This document shows positions 49,327 to 60,026 of a stretch of DNA of 64,000 nt, one piece after another; position 1 is the first letter of the stretch, and every line of letters begins with the position of its first letter. The position numbers and the translations under genes were made by a program. Under the pieces are notes generated by a model, which was not told the origin of the DNA, made no database searches, and worked only from the letters and a program-made list of their open reading frames with translations. Source of the stretch: Nitrososphaerota archaeon (lineage in GTDB: Archaea > Thermoproteota > Nitrososphaeria > Nitrososphaerales > JACPRH01); the NCBI GenBank assembly GCA_016190055.1, contig JACPRH010000049.1:7820-71819 (forward strand). Reading direction: 5' to 3'.

Positions 49327-50031
49327 TTATTTTTCCAGGACACGTTTTTCGTATTCGTAAAGGGCTCGTGCGATCACTACGTGAGCCTCCATTGCGAGGG
49401 AGCTTACCGAATAGGTGCGGTCAATGTGGGCGGCTGTTGCTTCGGTGAAGTGTCCTCGTGGGAAGCCTCCGATGACTAAGGCTGGGTCATCTATTGATGC
49501 TAAGTAGTCGGCGATCGCTTCGAAGCTGCTCAGCTTGCCTGTGCGAGACAACCCTATTGTGACAGACGCACCAATCTTGCTCAGCAACTCCTTGAAATTT
49601 AGATCGGTAACCTCTAGGAGTCGTTGTCCGTCTGAGACTACTTCGCCTTCTTTGAGGAGCTGCTCCATCAGCCCGATGAACCGGAGGTAGGATCTTGGGA
49701 GTCTCACGCCTTCTCCGAGAAATATTGCTTTGCCGCCGATTGTGTGGACGCATATTCTGAGCTGCTTCTCAAGGAATAGCGGGGTTGAAGCCGCTTCAAG
49801 CAGCGCAATGTGAACCATATCTGGCCGGCCTCGCCGGTAGTGTTCTTCGAGCCGCAGCATAGCTGCGTGGTGGTAGCTTCGGTCTAGAAGAATCTCTTCA
49901 GGCCGCTTCTCCCGTGCAGCTGCCGATCGTTTAACCGAGGGATGTTTACGCAGCTCCTTCGGTACAGTCTCCAACGCCGCATCAGCGATAATCAGTGTAA
50001 GCAAGGCAAACCTAGGTACAGGCTCAAACAA
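49327..50031 (-). CDS. nep1: rRNA small-subunit pseudouridine methyltransferase Nep1/EMG1
   Basis: LLDRSYHH, RGRPDMVH, RLPRSYLRFIGLMEQL, IGGFPRGHF. Confidence 0.92.
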   Translation of the reverse strand: MFEPVPRFALLTLIIADAALETVPKELRKHPSVKRSAAAREKRPEEILLDRSYHHAAMLRLEEHYRRGRPDMVHIALLEAASTPLFLEKQLRICVHTIGGKAIFLGEGVRLPRSYLRFIGLMEQLLKEGEVVSDGQRLLEVTDLNFKELLSKIGASVTIGLSRTGKLSSFEAIADYLASIDDPALVIGGFPRGHFTEATAAHIDRTYSVSSLAMEAHVVIARALYEYEKRVLEK

Positions 50032-50101
50032 CCAACCTTTTTATCTATCACGGAGAGCAGCGGAACACCCTAGAGGCAAGTGAGGGAGTGAGTCAGGTAG
50101 G

Positions 50102-50443
50102 TTGAAGGTTCCGCGTGCGCAGCAGAAGGCTCTTGCTAGGAGCAGGGTCAAGATTCTGTTAGCGAAGGCTGTTGAGACCGCTAAAGAGGATCCGGAGCTA
50201 GCTCAGAGGCAGGCGGCGATTGCCAGACGAATAATCCTGCGATACAACATTAGACTTCCCTACTCTGAGAAGCGGCTTTTCTGCCACGGGTGCAAGCGGC
50301 TCCTAATCCCAGGGGTCAATGCGCGGGTACGGCTGGGACACAGGCCGAAGGCGGTCAAGATTACCTGTCTTGAGTGTGGGCATGTTTACCGGAAGATGAT
50401 GTCGCCCAGGAATGGTACTGTTGCTGCGGCTGAGCAGCGCTAG
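50102..50443 (+). CDS. rnp4: RNase P protein component 4 (Rpp21)
   Basis: KRLFCHGCKRLLIPGVNARVRL...ITCLECGHVYR. Confidence 0.88.
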   Translation: MKVPRAQQKALARSRVKILLAKAVETAKEDPELAQRQAAIARRIILRYNIRLPYSEKRLFCHGCKRLLIPGVNARVRLGHRPKAVKITCLECGHVYRKMMSPRNGTVAAAEQR

Positions 50444-50453
50444 GTAAACGATA

Positions 50454-50513
50454 ATTTAGGTTAACCTAAATATTTATTAGGCAACCCTAACCTAAAAATT
50501 AGGTGAGCCTAAT
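50454..50513. promoter_or_regulatory. Three DtxR/IdeR-type operator boxes
   Basis: Perfect palindrome ATTTAGGTTAACCTAAAT (50454-50471); TTAGGCAACCCTAACCTAA (50477-50495); ATTAGGTGAGCCTAAT (50498-50513); all directly upstream of the DtxR gene. Confidence 0.8.
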
Positions 50514-51248
50514 ATGGTGAAGAGCGCCCAAAAAAGCATCGAAGATTACCTCAAAGCGGTCTACTCGCTTCAGCAGAACGGCAACAAGGTCAGCACCTCC
50601 GAAATATCGCAGACACTGAATGTAGCCCCTGCCAGCGTAACAGAGATGCTAAAGAAACTATCCGAGAAACGATACATCGAATACTCACCGTATCATGGAA
50701 CCACGCTTACAAGCAGCGGCCTAACCATCGCCGAGAAAACCACCCGCAAACACCGCTTATTGGAACGATTCCTCCACGATATGTTGAAGATCGACAAGGT
50801 GCAGGTTCACAGCCAAGCCTGCGAAATGGAGCACGCACTATCCGACGAGGCTGAGGAGTCATTGTGCCGCCTTCTGAAGCACCCGGACAAATGCCCCGAT
50901 GACGACAAAATTATTCCAGCCTGCACCCTGCCGTTCTCCAACTGCGAAGAATGCGTAGAGATGCACAGCAAAGGGTTGGAGCAGGTTGGGAAACGACAGC
51001 AGAACCTAGTCTCAATTTGCAACCTCAAAGCAGGCACCTCAGCAAAGGTCTCCTTCATCAGAGGCGAACACAGAGTCCTCCAAAGACTCCTAGACATGGG
51101 GCTAACCCCCGGCACCCCCATCAAAGTAGAAAGAGCTGCACCTATGAAAGGCCCAGTGGAGGTATGCGTAAGAGGCTCGAAGGTCGCGCTTGGACAAGAC
51201 ATAGCTGCAAACGTCTTCGTCGAAAACACAGGAAAAATGAAAATCTAG
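50514..51248 (+). CDS. DtxR/IdeR-family metal-dependent repressor with C-terminal FeoA domain
   Basis: EDYLKAVY, ASVTEMLKKL, RKHRLLERFL, ACEMEH; RLLDMGLTPG...GPVEV. Confidence 0.9.
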   Translation: MVKSAQKSIEDYLKAVYSLQQNGNKVSTSEISQTLNVAPASVTEMLKKLSEKRYIEYSPYHGTTLTSSGLTIAEKTTRKHRLLERFLHDMLKIDKVQVHSQACEMEHALSDEAEESLCRLLKHPDKCPDDDKIIPACTLPFSNCEECVEMHSKGLEQVGKRQQNLVSICNLKAGTSAKVSFIRGEHRVLQRLLDMGLTPGTPIKVERAAPMKGPVEVCVRGSKVALGQDIAANVFVENTGKMKI

Positions 51249-51270
51249 TTTGTCAGTTAGGTGAATTGCA

Positions 51271-53250
51271 GTGTCCTGCCATTCCAGCACATCTTCAACC
51301 GCTAAGAAACCTAGAGATAACGGTAGCATTACGATTGCGTTGGCGGGTAATGCGAATGTTGGAAAAAGTGTGTTGTTTAATCAGCTCACAGGTTCAAGTC
51401 AGATAATTGGGAACTGGCCTGGAAAGACGGTTGAGAAGGCTGAGGGGACACTCAAGTTTGAAGGTGAGGAGATAACTGCTATTGATTTGCCCGGTATCTA
51501 CTCGTTCTCCACCTTCGGTATGGAGGAGCTTGTTTCAAGAGATTACATTGCTTTGGAGCATCCCGATGCGGTCATTAACGTGGTTGACGCATCTATTCTT
51601 GAACGTAACCTGTTCTTCACTTTGCAGCTCATCGAGATGGATGCCCCATTAGTGATTTGCCTTAACCAAGTTGATGAAGCGAAGAAAAAGGGGATTGTGA
51701 TCAACAAGGAAAAGCTTGAGCAGGTTCTCGGCGCCCCGGTAGTCCCAACGGTAGGTATCAGAGGAGAAGGTATCTACGACCTAACAAAAACAGCGGTTGC
51801 AGTCGCGAAAAACGGCTGCAGAAGTGGGAAAGTGCAGATCAGATACGATGCAGAGATTGAGGAGCGAATCAGCAAACTGGACAAGGAGATACAGGCAGAA
51901 GAACTTGGACTCGAATATCCGTCTAGATGGGTCGCCATAAAACTGCTGGAGAACGATCCTGAGATCAAAAAGTTGATAGGCTCCAAATCTGGAAGCATAG
52001 TTAAGACGGCTGACGGCCTCGCCTCAGAAATCTCCTCCATCCATAACGAGCCGTGCTTCGCAGTTATAGCCGCAGAAAGATACTCGCTTGCAAGCAGCAT
52101 CGCAAAAGAGGTTCAACAGCAGCAAAGCGAGGTTGAAACAACCTTCTCTGAGAAGCTGGAATGGGTGACTACGCATCGAATGTTTGGTTACATTACATCT
52201 GCAGGTGTAATAGCAGGGCTGCTTCTCTGGACATTCAGCATCGGCGGGGTACTGTCCAACATATTTTCAAACGCATTAGCACTGTTTTCGCCAGTAGACC
52301 CGAGATTCAGCGGCTCTATTGAGGGGATTATTTGGAACGGGGTTTACGGAGGCTTCGTTGCCGGAGTTACGTTGGTCATACCGTATGTGGTGCCGTTCTA
52401 CATTATGCTGGCTATGATTGAGGACTCAGGTTTTCTCACCAGAGTAGCCTTCATGATGGACAGCGCGATGCACAAAATCGGGCTTCACGGGAAAGCGTTG
52501 ATCCCGATGATACTAGGCTATGGGTGCAACGTCCCCGCGATAGCCGCCTGCAGAATAATGGAGACGAAACGTGAACGACTGCTCGCAACCTACGTCATCA
52601 CCTTCGCACCGTGCGCCGCCAGAACAATCGTGATCCTAGGGTTAGTGGCCGCGTTCGTAAACCCATGGTGGGCACTAGCGCTCTACGCAATCGACATCGC
52701 GCTCATCTTCGTAATGGGAAGAATAGCACTCAAAGTTGTTCCAGGTCAGTCAACAGGGCTCATAATGGAGATGCACTCCTTCAAAATCCCCTCACTTTCA
52801 GTAGTGACCAAACAAACCTGGATACGCACAAAATCCCTGATCTACCTCGTATTCCCCCTATACATTATCGGAAGCGCAGGCATACAAGTTCTATACGCGC
52901 TCGGCGTACTACAGTTTCTCAGCAACGTGTTTACACCAGTAACAGTCGTCTGGCTGGGGCTTCCCGCCATAGCAGGAGTACTAATGATACTCGGATTAAT
53001 CCGAAAGGAGCTTACACTGCTCGGAGCAGTAGCAATATTCGGTACAACAGATCTTGCACCCTACTTCACACCGGTCCAATTCATAGTGCTAGCCCTAGTC
53101 TCGATCATCTTCATCCCCTGCATATCTACAGTAACAATACTCGCAAAAGACTACGGGTGGAAAACCGCCGCCACCATAGCAACCGCAAACTTTGTTACCG
53201 CCATCCTAGTTGGAGGAGTTGCCTTCAGAATCATCACACTAGTAATATGA
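51271..53250 (+). CDS. feoB: Ferrous iron transporter FeoB
   Basis: GNANVGKS, GNWPGKTVE, DLPGIYS, NQVD, EDSGFLTR, GYGCNVPA. Confidence 0.95.
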   Translation: MSCHSSTSSTAKKPRDNGSITIALAGNANVGKSVLFNQLTGSSQIIGNWPGKTVEKAEGTLKFEGEEITAIDLPGIYSFSTFGMEELVSRDYIALEHPDAVINVVDASILERNLFFTLQLIEMDAPLVICLNQVDEAKKKGIVINKEKLEQVLGAPVVPTVGIRGEGIYDLTKTAVAVAKNGCRSGKVQIRYDAEIEERISKLDKEIQAEELGLEYPSRWVAIKLLENDPEIKKLIGSKSGSIVKTADGLASEISSIHNEPCFAVIAAERYSLASSIAKEVQQQQSEVETTFSEKLEWVTTHRMFGYITSAGVIAGLLLWTFSIGGVLSNIFSNALALFSPVDPRFSGSIEGIIWNGVYGGFVAGVTLVIPYVVPFYIMLAMIEDSGFLTRVAFMMDSAMHKIGLHGKALIPMILGYGCNVPAIAACRIMETKRERLLATYVITFAPCAARTIVILGLVAAFVNPWWALALYAIDIALIFVMGRIALKVVPGQSTGLIMEMHSFKIPSLSVVTKQTWIRTKSLIYLVFPLYIIGSAGIQVLYALGVLQFLSNVFTPVTVVWLGLPAIAGVLMILGLIRKELTLLGAVAIFGTTDLAPYFTPVQFIVLALVSIIFIPCISTVTILAKDYGWKTAATIATANFVTAILVGGVAFRIITLVI

Positions 53251-53310
53251 TCATCAAGATAAGAAGACGGCGGGTAAGTTCTGGCGACTTTCCCTTTCTA
53301 TCAGAACCAA

Positions 53311-55008
53311 GTGATTCAGCAGAAGACTAATACGTGTGACTGTCAGTATACGTTTGTCCCGACTGATATGAGGGCTCATACAAGCCATGTAAAGCATCAC
53401 TTCGGCATCGGTCGATTATTGATAATCTTACTGAGTGTGCTTGCAATCTTCGTAGTATCGGGCTTGATCTATTTGGTCAGCTTTCAGGGAAACCAAGAAC
53501 CATCTTCAACCCCGCTTTTGCATGAAGTATGCGTTAACACCACAAGCGCTATTCCGACCAAGTATGCAGGCTGTTCAAAATTGGGTTCTACTTTAGGGAC
53601 GCTGCAGACCTTCAATATGACTGCTGTCGCGGAGGTTGACGGGAAGAATGTCACCACGATTTACAAGCATCTTTTCGGCGTGAGAGTTAATCACAGAACT
53701 ACTCTCCAGTTCTCCTTTTGGGATCCTCAGGGCGCCGAGTTCGTAGCCTATTTTGATAACCGGACTGGAGACGTAGACTCGCTGTTTAACGAAATTACAA
53801 CCCGCAGGTTAGAGACGCTTGAGAACCAATCCGCTATTCCTCCCAAGCAATTCAGCGGGCAGATACATGCCGATAAGCCCGGACTGTACATCTTCACCTT
53901 TTCGGCTCCATGGGCGCAACCCACTAATCAAGCCCGCTTCCTGCTACGAGACTCAACCGCATACGGTAATGGTATCAGGATAAGCTTGGATGCATCCGGA
54001 AAATACGGCAAATCGGGTCCTTGCGGGCCGGAGGGTGGCTTGGAGAAGTGGATGATCAAACTCTACTCTGACTCAGCTACAGACGTTAATATGAGCGCGC
54101 TGAGTGTTCAACCCGGCATCTGGGCAAAATTTACCCCTTCGTATATTCGTAATGTTGGTCCTAAGGGCGCGAGTACCACCTTACTTATAGCAGGCGCGAC
54201 TACGCTTCCTCCCTTCGTTCCAAACAGCTATAATATCTCGCTGTTCATTGACGCTCGGGGAGCAAACGATCTTAGCGGAGAGACATTTCTGCCAGTTGTA
54301 CAGACGGTTCCTGTGCAGGTACTGCACGCTCCCGGCCCAATACACTCGCTTATTGAAGCAAACCACGTGCTCACCGTCCTGACTACAGGCCAGACTGGCA
54401 GCGGCAGCGCAGTTTACGGAGTAGTATACGATCCGGTCAGCGCATCGGCAAACAAGTCTCTTTCAGTCAATATGACGGTGTCAGGCATACTTGAAAACGG
54501 CAAGATGATTCAGCCTGTGCCTAGCTGGCTGAAGATATACCTGCCTCAGCAAACCTTCCAGCTGGTTCCTGAAGAACCCTACTACTTCGGGTTCAGTGCC
54601 ACATTTGCCCCGGACGCGCCCTCTGGACGCTACACGCTGGTTCTGAAAGAGACTATCAACGGTCAAGACTTCAACGGATACTTCGAAATTGAGCTACAGG
54701 CTAACAGAACGGGGGAAGAACCATTATCACCCCCAAACCCGCCGAAAGATGTTTTACAAGGTGTGGTTGATGAAGCAGTACACGAGCTACAGCGTAGATG
54801 TTTGTGGGACAAAGTAGCGGAGTTAACATACGGATTGTTAAACAACGAGACGCGTATCAACGCAACCATCAAACATAGAGGTATTAACCTGGGATTTTGG
54901 AACAAAACAGATCCTGAAGTGGTCAAGATAGTGCAGTCAGTAATCGATAAGAGAGCACCGGGCACGCCACTCGACATATCCGAGAATATCACGTTTAGAC
55001 TTGATTAG
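53311..55008 (+). CDS. Membrane-anchored extracellular hypothetical protein
   Basis: One N-terminal TM helix, beta-rich body, several N-x-S/T sequons. Confidence 0.6.
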   Translation: MIQQKTNTCDCQYTFVPTDMRAHTSHVKHHFGIGRLLIILLSVLAIFVVSGLIYLVSFQGNQEPSSTPLLHEVCVNTTSAIPTKYAGCSKLGSTLGTLQTFNMTAVAEVDGKNVTTIYKHLFGVRVNHRTTLQFSFWDPQGAEFVAYFDNRTGDVDSLFNEITTRRLETLENQSAIPPKQFSGQIHADKPGLYIFTFSAPWAQPTNQARFLLRDSTAYGNGIRISLDASGKYGKSGPCGPEGGLEKWMIKLYSDSATDVNMSALSVQPGIWAKFTPSYIRNVGPKGASTTLLIAGATTLPPFVPNSYNISLFIDARGANDLSGETFLPVVQTVPVQVLHAPGPIHSLIEANHVLTVLTTGQTGSGSAVYGVVYDPVSASANKSLSVNMTVSGILENGKMIQPVPSWLKIYLPQQTFQLVPEEPYYFGFSATFAPDAPSGRYTLVLKETINGQDFNGYFEIELQANRTGEEPLSPPNPPKDVLQGVVDEAVHELQRRCLWDKVAELTYGLLNNETRINATIKHRGINLGFWNKTDPEVVKIVQSVIDKRAPGTPLDISENITFRLD

Positions 55009-55166
55009 AATCGTTAAGACTAGCTGATTGTTTGCGTTCTGTTCTTAGTTGAGTGCGTGGAACCACCTCTCGATGCTTACTAGGTCGCCCTTAAGTTGAC
55101 TTGATGAAACAGAGATGAGTCCTTTCACGTAGGTTTATATATGCCATTTTACCGTGGTTTTTCTGA

Positions 55167-55442
55167 GTGGCATTGGTGGCAGATGTTGTTGAGGTGGATA
55201 GCTCGGGCAGGATCGTTATTCCGAAGCATCTGCGTAAAGAGCTTAAGGTAGGAGCTAAAACTAAGTTTATTCTTGTCAAGAGAGGGAAGGGGCAGCTGCT
55301 TCTGCAGAGGCTGGATGTTGAGGAGATAGCTGAGAGGCTTGAGAAGGAGCTGTCTGGAAAAGATGTTGACGCAATAGTGGAGCAGGTTAGAAAGAAGGTT
55401 GACGAGAAGATCAAGTCCAATTACCAAGACCTTCTTACTTGA
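55167..55442 (+). CDS. vapB: AbrB/MazE-fold antitoxin
   Basis: VDSSGRIVIPKHLRKELKV. Confidence 0.8.
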   Translation: MALVADVVEVDSSGRIVIPKHLRKELKVGAKTKFILVKRGKGQLLLQRLDVEEIAERLEKELSGKDVDAIVEQVRKKVDEKIKSNYQDLLT

Positions 55443-55839
55443 CAACCACGTATTCATATCCGCAGTAAAGGACCCCAGGAAATCTACTGAAACGCTACGC
55501 TTAATCCTCCGACTCATCGAAGACCCACAGGTAAAGCTTGTTGCCAACGAGCTTCTAGTAGAGGAGATGCTACGCTACATGGAGCTATTAAAATCGGAAA
55601 TCGCAGCCACGATCCTAGCAGCTCTACTAAGCAAAATGAAGATAATGCTTGTTCAAGAAAAATACCGGAAGATATGCAAAGCCTACGTAAACACCCCTGA
55701 TAAAGCAGACATACTTCACGCAGCCACATGTCTACAGGCAGACGCTACAATGATAACTAATGACCATCACTTCGACAACATCCGAGACGAAGCAATAATC
55801 ACTGTATGGAGCATATCAGAAGCCATAAGCAAAATCTGA
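55399..55839 (+). CDS. vapC: PIN-domain toxin
   Basis: FLLDNHVFISA, DILHAATC, ITNDHHF. Confidence 0.82.
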   Translation: MTRRSSPITKTFLLDNHVFISAVKDPRKSTETLRLILRLIEDPQVKLVANELLVEEMLRYMELLKSEIAATILAALLSKMKIMLVQEKYRKICKAYVNTPDKADILHAATCLQADATMITNDHHFDNIRDEAIITVWSISEAISKI

Positions 55840-55954
55840 CACAGCCAATTAAATTCCCCGTAACTCTATGATTAGGAACATACAGTAACGTTTGGCCAGA
55901 AACGTAACTCTTGATGACGCAGAGTTAGTTTTTATCCTCAGTCTGTTAATTTCT

Positions 55955-56371
55955 TTAGCTGGCTTTTAGGATAGTCTGCAACTGTCGATAGAGGTCTTTG
56001 ATTTCTTTCGATGTGAGCCGGCCTTTGCCTTTGGGTTCGTCGATCAGGATTAGGTTGGTGAAGATGTCGTCGAGAACCTCGTCTTCTTCAACTATAGGTT
56101 CTGTGGCAATGTCTAGGAGGATTCGTCCGGCTTCTTTGCGAGTGATCTTCCCTCGAAGGTGGGCTTCGAGCGCGTCAACGGCTTTGGTTACATAGGCTTT
56201 TTTAGTTGGCATCAGGAGGACGCTTTTGTCTTCTTTGATGAGGAAGGTTATCTGACTGGGTCTGCCGAGTTCCTCTACAATGGGTTTCGGCAGGTATACC
56301 TGGGTTCCGCGCTTGGGATGATGCGCTGTCTTGACTGTGTATAGGGTGTCAGTCTTCTTCCATTTCGGCAT
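55955..56371 (-). CDS. Hypothetical protein with an AbrB-like N-terminus
   Basis: TQVYLPKPIVEELGRPSQITF; start taken at MPKWKK. Confidence 0.55.
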   Translation of the reverse strand: MPKWKKTDTLYTVKTAHHPKRGTQVYLPKPIVEELGRPSQITFLIKEDKSVLLMPTKKAYVTKAVDALEAHLRGKITRKEAGRILLDIATEPIVEEDEVLDDIFTNLILIDEPKGKGRLTSKEIKDLYRQLQTILKAS

Positions 56372-57363
56372 TTTGCTAAGCAGATATTTGTCAGGCGCGG
56401 TATTTAAACCTACTTTATCCACGTGGATATAATTGTGGAGGGTGGCAGCTGAACATCGCACGCATAAAGGATCAAACCGGCGACTGGGAGCGAAGAATCA
56501 AGACCCACCTAAACACGACGGATTCAGCATCATCCTCCGGCTGAGAGATATGGATAGACCCACGAAAAAGACCGTATACCTAGAACACCTCTTCATAGAT
56601 ACATCAGGCAAGGTTGTCCACCACCATACCAAATACCCTCCACTGTGAACTACACACCTCCTCATGCAAATAGCCTTACTCAACCTAATCCTATGAATGA
56701 ACGACTAAGCCAAAGCAAAATGGCTAAACGAAAAATTCCGCCCAGCTCAGAATAGGCCTTGAATACAAGCAAGTATTGTCTAATTTAAGACAGTTTAGCT
56801 CCTTCTTCTCAAAGCAACTATCGCTAAGACTGCTGCAACGACGGTGGTGCACCTGCAACAGGTCTCATTGTGAGATTTGAAATTGCCAGCGGCCCAAAAT
56901 TGATCTTGAAGGCGAACTTCATGCTCGCTTCTTCACCTGGATTCATCGTGTAGATGTAGTAAGCCCAGCCATTCACTTGAGACCCTTGGCCTCTCTCCAC
57001 GTTCGTAAATCCTCTGAGCGAAGACGCGTAAGGCTCTTCTGCCCCCAAATCACCTATACTAGGGTAGCAACGTAAAGCTGATACGGTCGGAACGTTTGAA
57101 GTTAATATGATAGTAATTCCCGATAGAATTAGCAGCGATACGACCCCCAAGAGATACAGCTAACTGATTAAGCTTCAAACCTCTTCGACGATAAAACAAG
57201 TCTCATCGCTTACTTAGTTCTTCGCTGCAGAAGCAGATCAACGACCGCTCTCGCGCAGAAAATTTGACGGTATCTGAATGACAGTTTGTTCTTTGATTAG
57301 ATTAAAGAGAAAAAGGGGAGGAAACGACCGAGTTTCCTCGAAGATGCCAGACAGCCCTTTAGC

Positions 57364-58692
57364 TTAGCTGTCATCGTCTTCTTCTTCATCATCATCGTGA
57401 TGATCGGTCGTTCTTGATTCGCATTTATGGTCGTGATCGCATTTGTCGTCGTGTCCGCGTTTAAGGCCGTGGTGATCGCCGTAGTGGTTGCCGTGGTTGT
57501 TATCGTGTCCGTTTGCGTGTCCTTCATTATGTGTCAATTGTAGTTGGATTACGACATTTCCTGTAACGTTAATGGTGCCGCTGATCTGGTTATGCTCACT
57601 TTCATCATCATCATTGTCGTCGTCGTGATCGTCGTCTTCTCTTGCTACTGTGTAGGAGTGGTTTCCGGTTGACACGTTGTTGAACGTGACTTGTCCGGTG
57701 CGGTTGGTCTCTTTTGTGACTCCGTCTAAGGTGACCTCGGCTTCTCGAACGGGTTTACCGGTCTTGTTGTCGATGATTGTGAAGGTTACCTGGGCGGTTC
57801 CTGCTGGTGAGGGTATCGATGCGGGTGCACCTACTGTAACTGTTGCTGAGCCGTTGATAGAGCCGTGAGTAGCTGTGATTGTGGTGGTTCCATTAGCTAA
57901 TGCTTTGAACTGTCCGGTGCTGTTGTTGATGGTTCCGACTGTTGTGTTGCTGCTGCTCCATGTTACTGTGGCGTTTATCGGGTTGCCGTACTGGTCTAGG
58001 GTGGTGGCTGTGAATGTTTGTGTTCCATTAATTGCGAGGGATGCGGTTGAAGGTGTGACTGTTATCGTCGTCAACACTGGTGGTGATAACATGATCACGG
58101 TTACGGTGGCTGTTCCATTGACTGATCCGCTGTTAGCTGTTACCGTCGCTATTCCGTTGACATCAGCTGTGAACAAACCTGTAGAGCTAACGGTTCCCAC
58201 GGTGGTGTTGCTGCTGCTCCAGGTGAATGTTGTTGAGAAGGGGTTGCCGTTCTGGTCTTTTGCTGCTGCGGTGAACTGTTGTGTTCCACCTATTGTGAGC
58301 GATTTTGTTGCTGGTGTTACCGTTATTGTGGTTAATACGGGGGCTGGTGCGGGGTGGTCGCTTGCGTTGCCGGGGAATGTTCTTGCTAATATTTCGGCGA
58401 TGTTGGAGTATCCGTCACCGTCTGAGTCCAGCGCCTCGATGTTGGCAAATGCTTGAGCCGGATCTGAAGAGTGCATAGACTGGTTTCTAAATGCTTGACC
58501 GTAGGATGTTCGCGATCCTCCGCCGGCTGGGTTAACGTGGCAGAGTCCGCATGTGTCAAGTCTTGTTCCAGATGTGCCGTACTTTGTGTTGAACTCGTTT
58601 TTGTAGTCGGTGATAGCGGTTGCTGCTTGTATGGTCGTTAGAGCTACTGCTATGAGCAGTATCCCAACGACTGCGTATTTTATTTTCGCCAT
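57364..58692 (-). CDS. Secreted protein: c-type heme motif, Ca-binding-like loop, two Ig-like (Big_2) repeats, His/Asp-rich tail
   Basis: Signal peptide; CGLCH; DSDGDGYSN; two VLTTITVTP...TWSSSNTTVGT repeats; C-terminal His/Asp runs. Confidence 0.8.
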   Translation of the reverse strand: MAKIKYAVVGILLIAVALTTIQAATAITDYKNEFNTKYGTSGTRLDTCGLCHVNPAGGGSRTSYGQAFRNQSMHSSDPAQAFANIEALDSDGDGYSNIAEILARTFPGNASDHPAPAPVLTTITVTPATKSLTIGGTQQFTAAAKDQNGNPFSTTFTWSSSNTTVGTVSSTGLFTADVNGIATVTANSGSVNGTATVTVIMLSPPVLTTITVTPSTASLAINGTQTFTATTLDQYGNPINATVTWSSSNTTVGTINNSTGQFKALANGTTTITATHGSINGSATVTVGAPASIPSPAGTAQVTFTIIDNKTGKPVREAEVTLDGVTKETNRTGQVTFNNVSTGNHSYTVAREDDDHDDDNDDDESEHNQISGTINVTGNVVIQLQLTHNEGHANGHDNNHGNHYGDHHGLKRGHDDKCDHDHKCESRTTDHHDDDEEEDDDS

Positions 58693-58981
58693 TTTTTACG
58701 TCGAACTCTGCTATTAGAAAATGTTATTTGAGGAACCCTCCGGAACGCTAGCGGAACGCCTGAGGAACACAAGTTCCACCTCACTGTTGCACCTTCCACC
58801 CCAATTCACAGCAACAGCAATCAACGCAACGATATCGACCAATTGATTTATCGAAAAAAGTTGCAGAACACTCGGTTCACGCTTAGGCAAAACGTGATAA
58901 TGGCCACAACAGTTCTGGCTGTTGCCACGTGCCTACAGAGAATATCTCTTAAATCGATTCAGCTAATAGATACGTGTAGAG

Positions 58982-59530
58982 TTAAAATTGCCCTTCCATC
59001 TCCTTCTCCTTCAACTTCCAGAGGAGAAGCAGGCTGATAGAGGATACAGCGAGCCAGAAGGGAAAAACAAAGATAGCCCATATGGTGGGCATCAACATGT
59101 TTACTGGCGCAATACCTTGGATAAGATAGGTCAGCCAAGGTAGTGGGAAACCGAGATCATAAGCCGTATAATCTATGCTGGTTACATAATGCACATTTAG
59201 AAGCGAGAGCAAGGTGAAAATGCAGCCCAGCAGGAAGACTGACCTAACTTTACCTCTATTTGTGACTAGCAGGCTCCTTGAATGCCAGAAACCGTGGATA
59301 GAAAGAAACAAACCTAAAGCTAAAACAACCGGGAAGAGGCTGCTCAACGAATCCGCATATGTAATGTCTACCCCAATAATCCCATTATTTTCAATACGCC
59401 TTGTAATGACGGGATACTCGAAGATTCGCATGTAAAGTAGTAATGAGAAAAGCATAGCGCTTATTCCCAGCATGCCTATCAGAAGCATTACACGCTCTCT
59501 TGCAGCCAATTCTTTCGCTATCTCACTCAC
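58982..59530 (-). CDS. Membrane protein
   Basis: Four hydrophobic segments; GFPLPW. Confidence 0.6.
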   Translation of the reverse strand: MSEIAKELAARERVMLLIGMLGISAMLFSLLLYMRIFEYPVITRRIENNGIIGVDITYADSLSSLFPVVLALGLFLSIHGFWHSRSLLVTNRGKVRSVFLLGCIFTLLSLLNVHYVTSIDYTAYDLGFPLPWLTYLIQGIAPVNMLMPTIWAIFVFPFWLAVSSISLLLLWKLKEKEMEGQF

Positions 59531-60026
59531 TCACTCGAAATTATCTCAATTACGCGCCAAGTTATTAATTTACTGTTACAACGCGGTGAAAAGTGGAGTA
59601 TCAGTTCAATCGTTGAAGTGCTAGATTAGCGGCCGGTAGTGAATGAGTGTGATCTAGTCACGCACCAACGCCAGCGAAACAGAACCACCTCTTGGCTGGA
59701 AGGAATTTTTATTATCTGATTATCAAAGGGTTACGTCTAATTAATCCACTAACTTTCTGCTAATAGAAAATCCCGAACTGTAACAAAGTAACGCCTAGAA
59801 ATTGGTTGCACATAGTCATGGCAAGGAATCCCCATCAATTTGATTATCGTGCACGGTCGATTCGAACTATTTTCTCGTCTTGCATGAATAGCACGGTGGT
59901 AAAGCCCGTTGAACTTGAATGGAGTAGATACCCAAGACCTGGATCAGACCGGATAACTTTTTCATGGAAGGACGAATCAACATTCAAGGCGCTATAACGT
60001 TACAGCACCCATAATCCATCGTAGAA

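Noticed and set aside
52611-58456. ORFs 52611-53330 and 57875-58456
   Set aside because: Out-of-frame or antisense shadows of feoB and the Thr-rich secreted protein.
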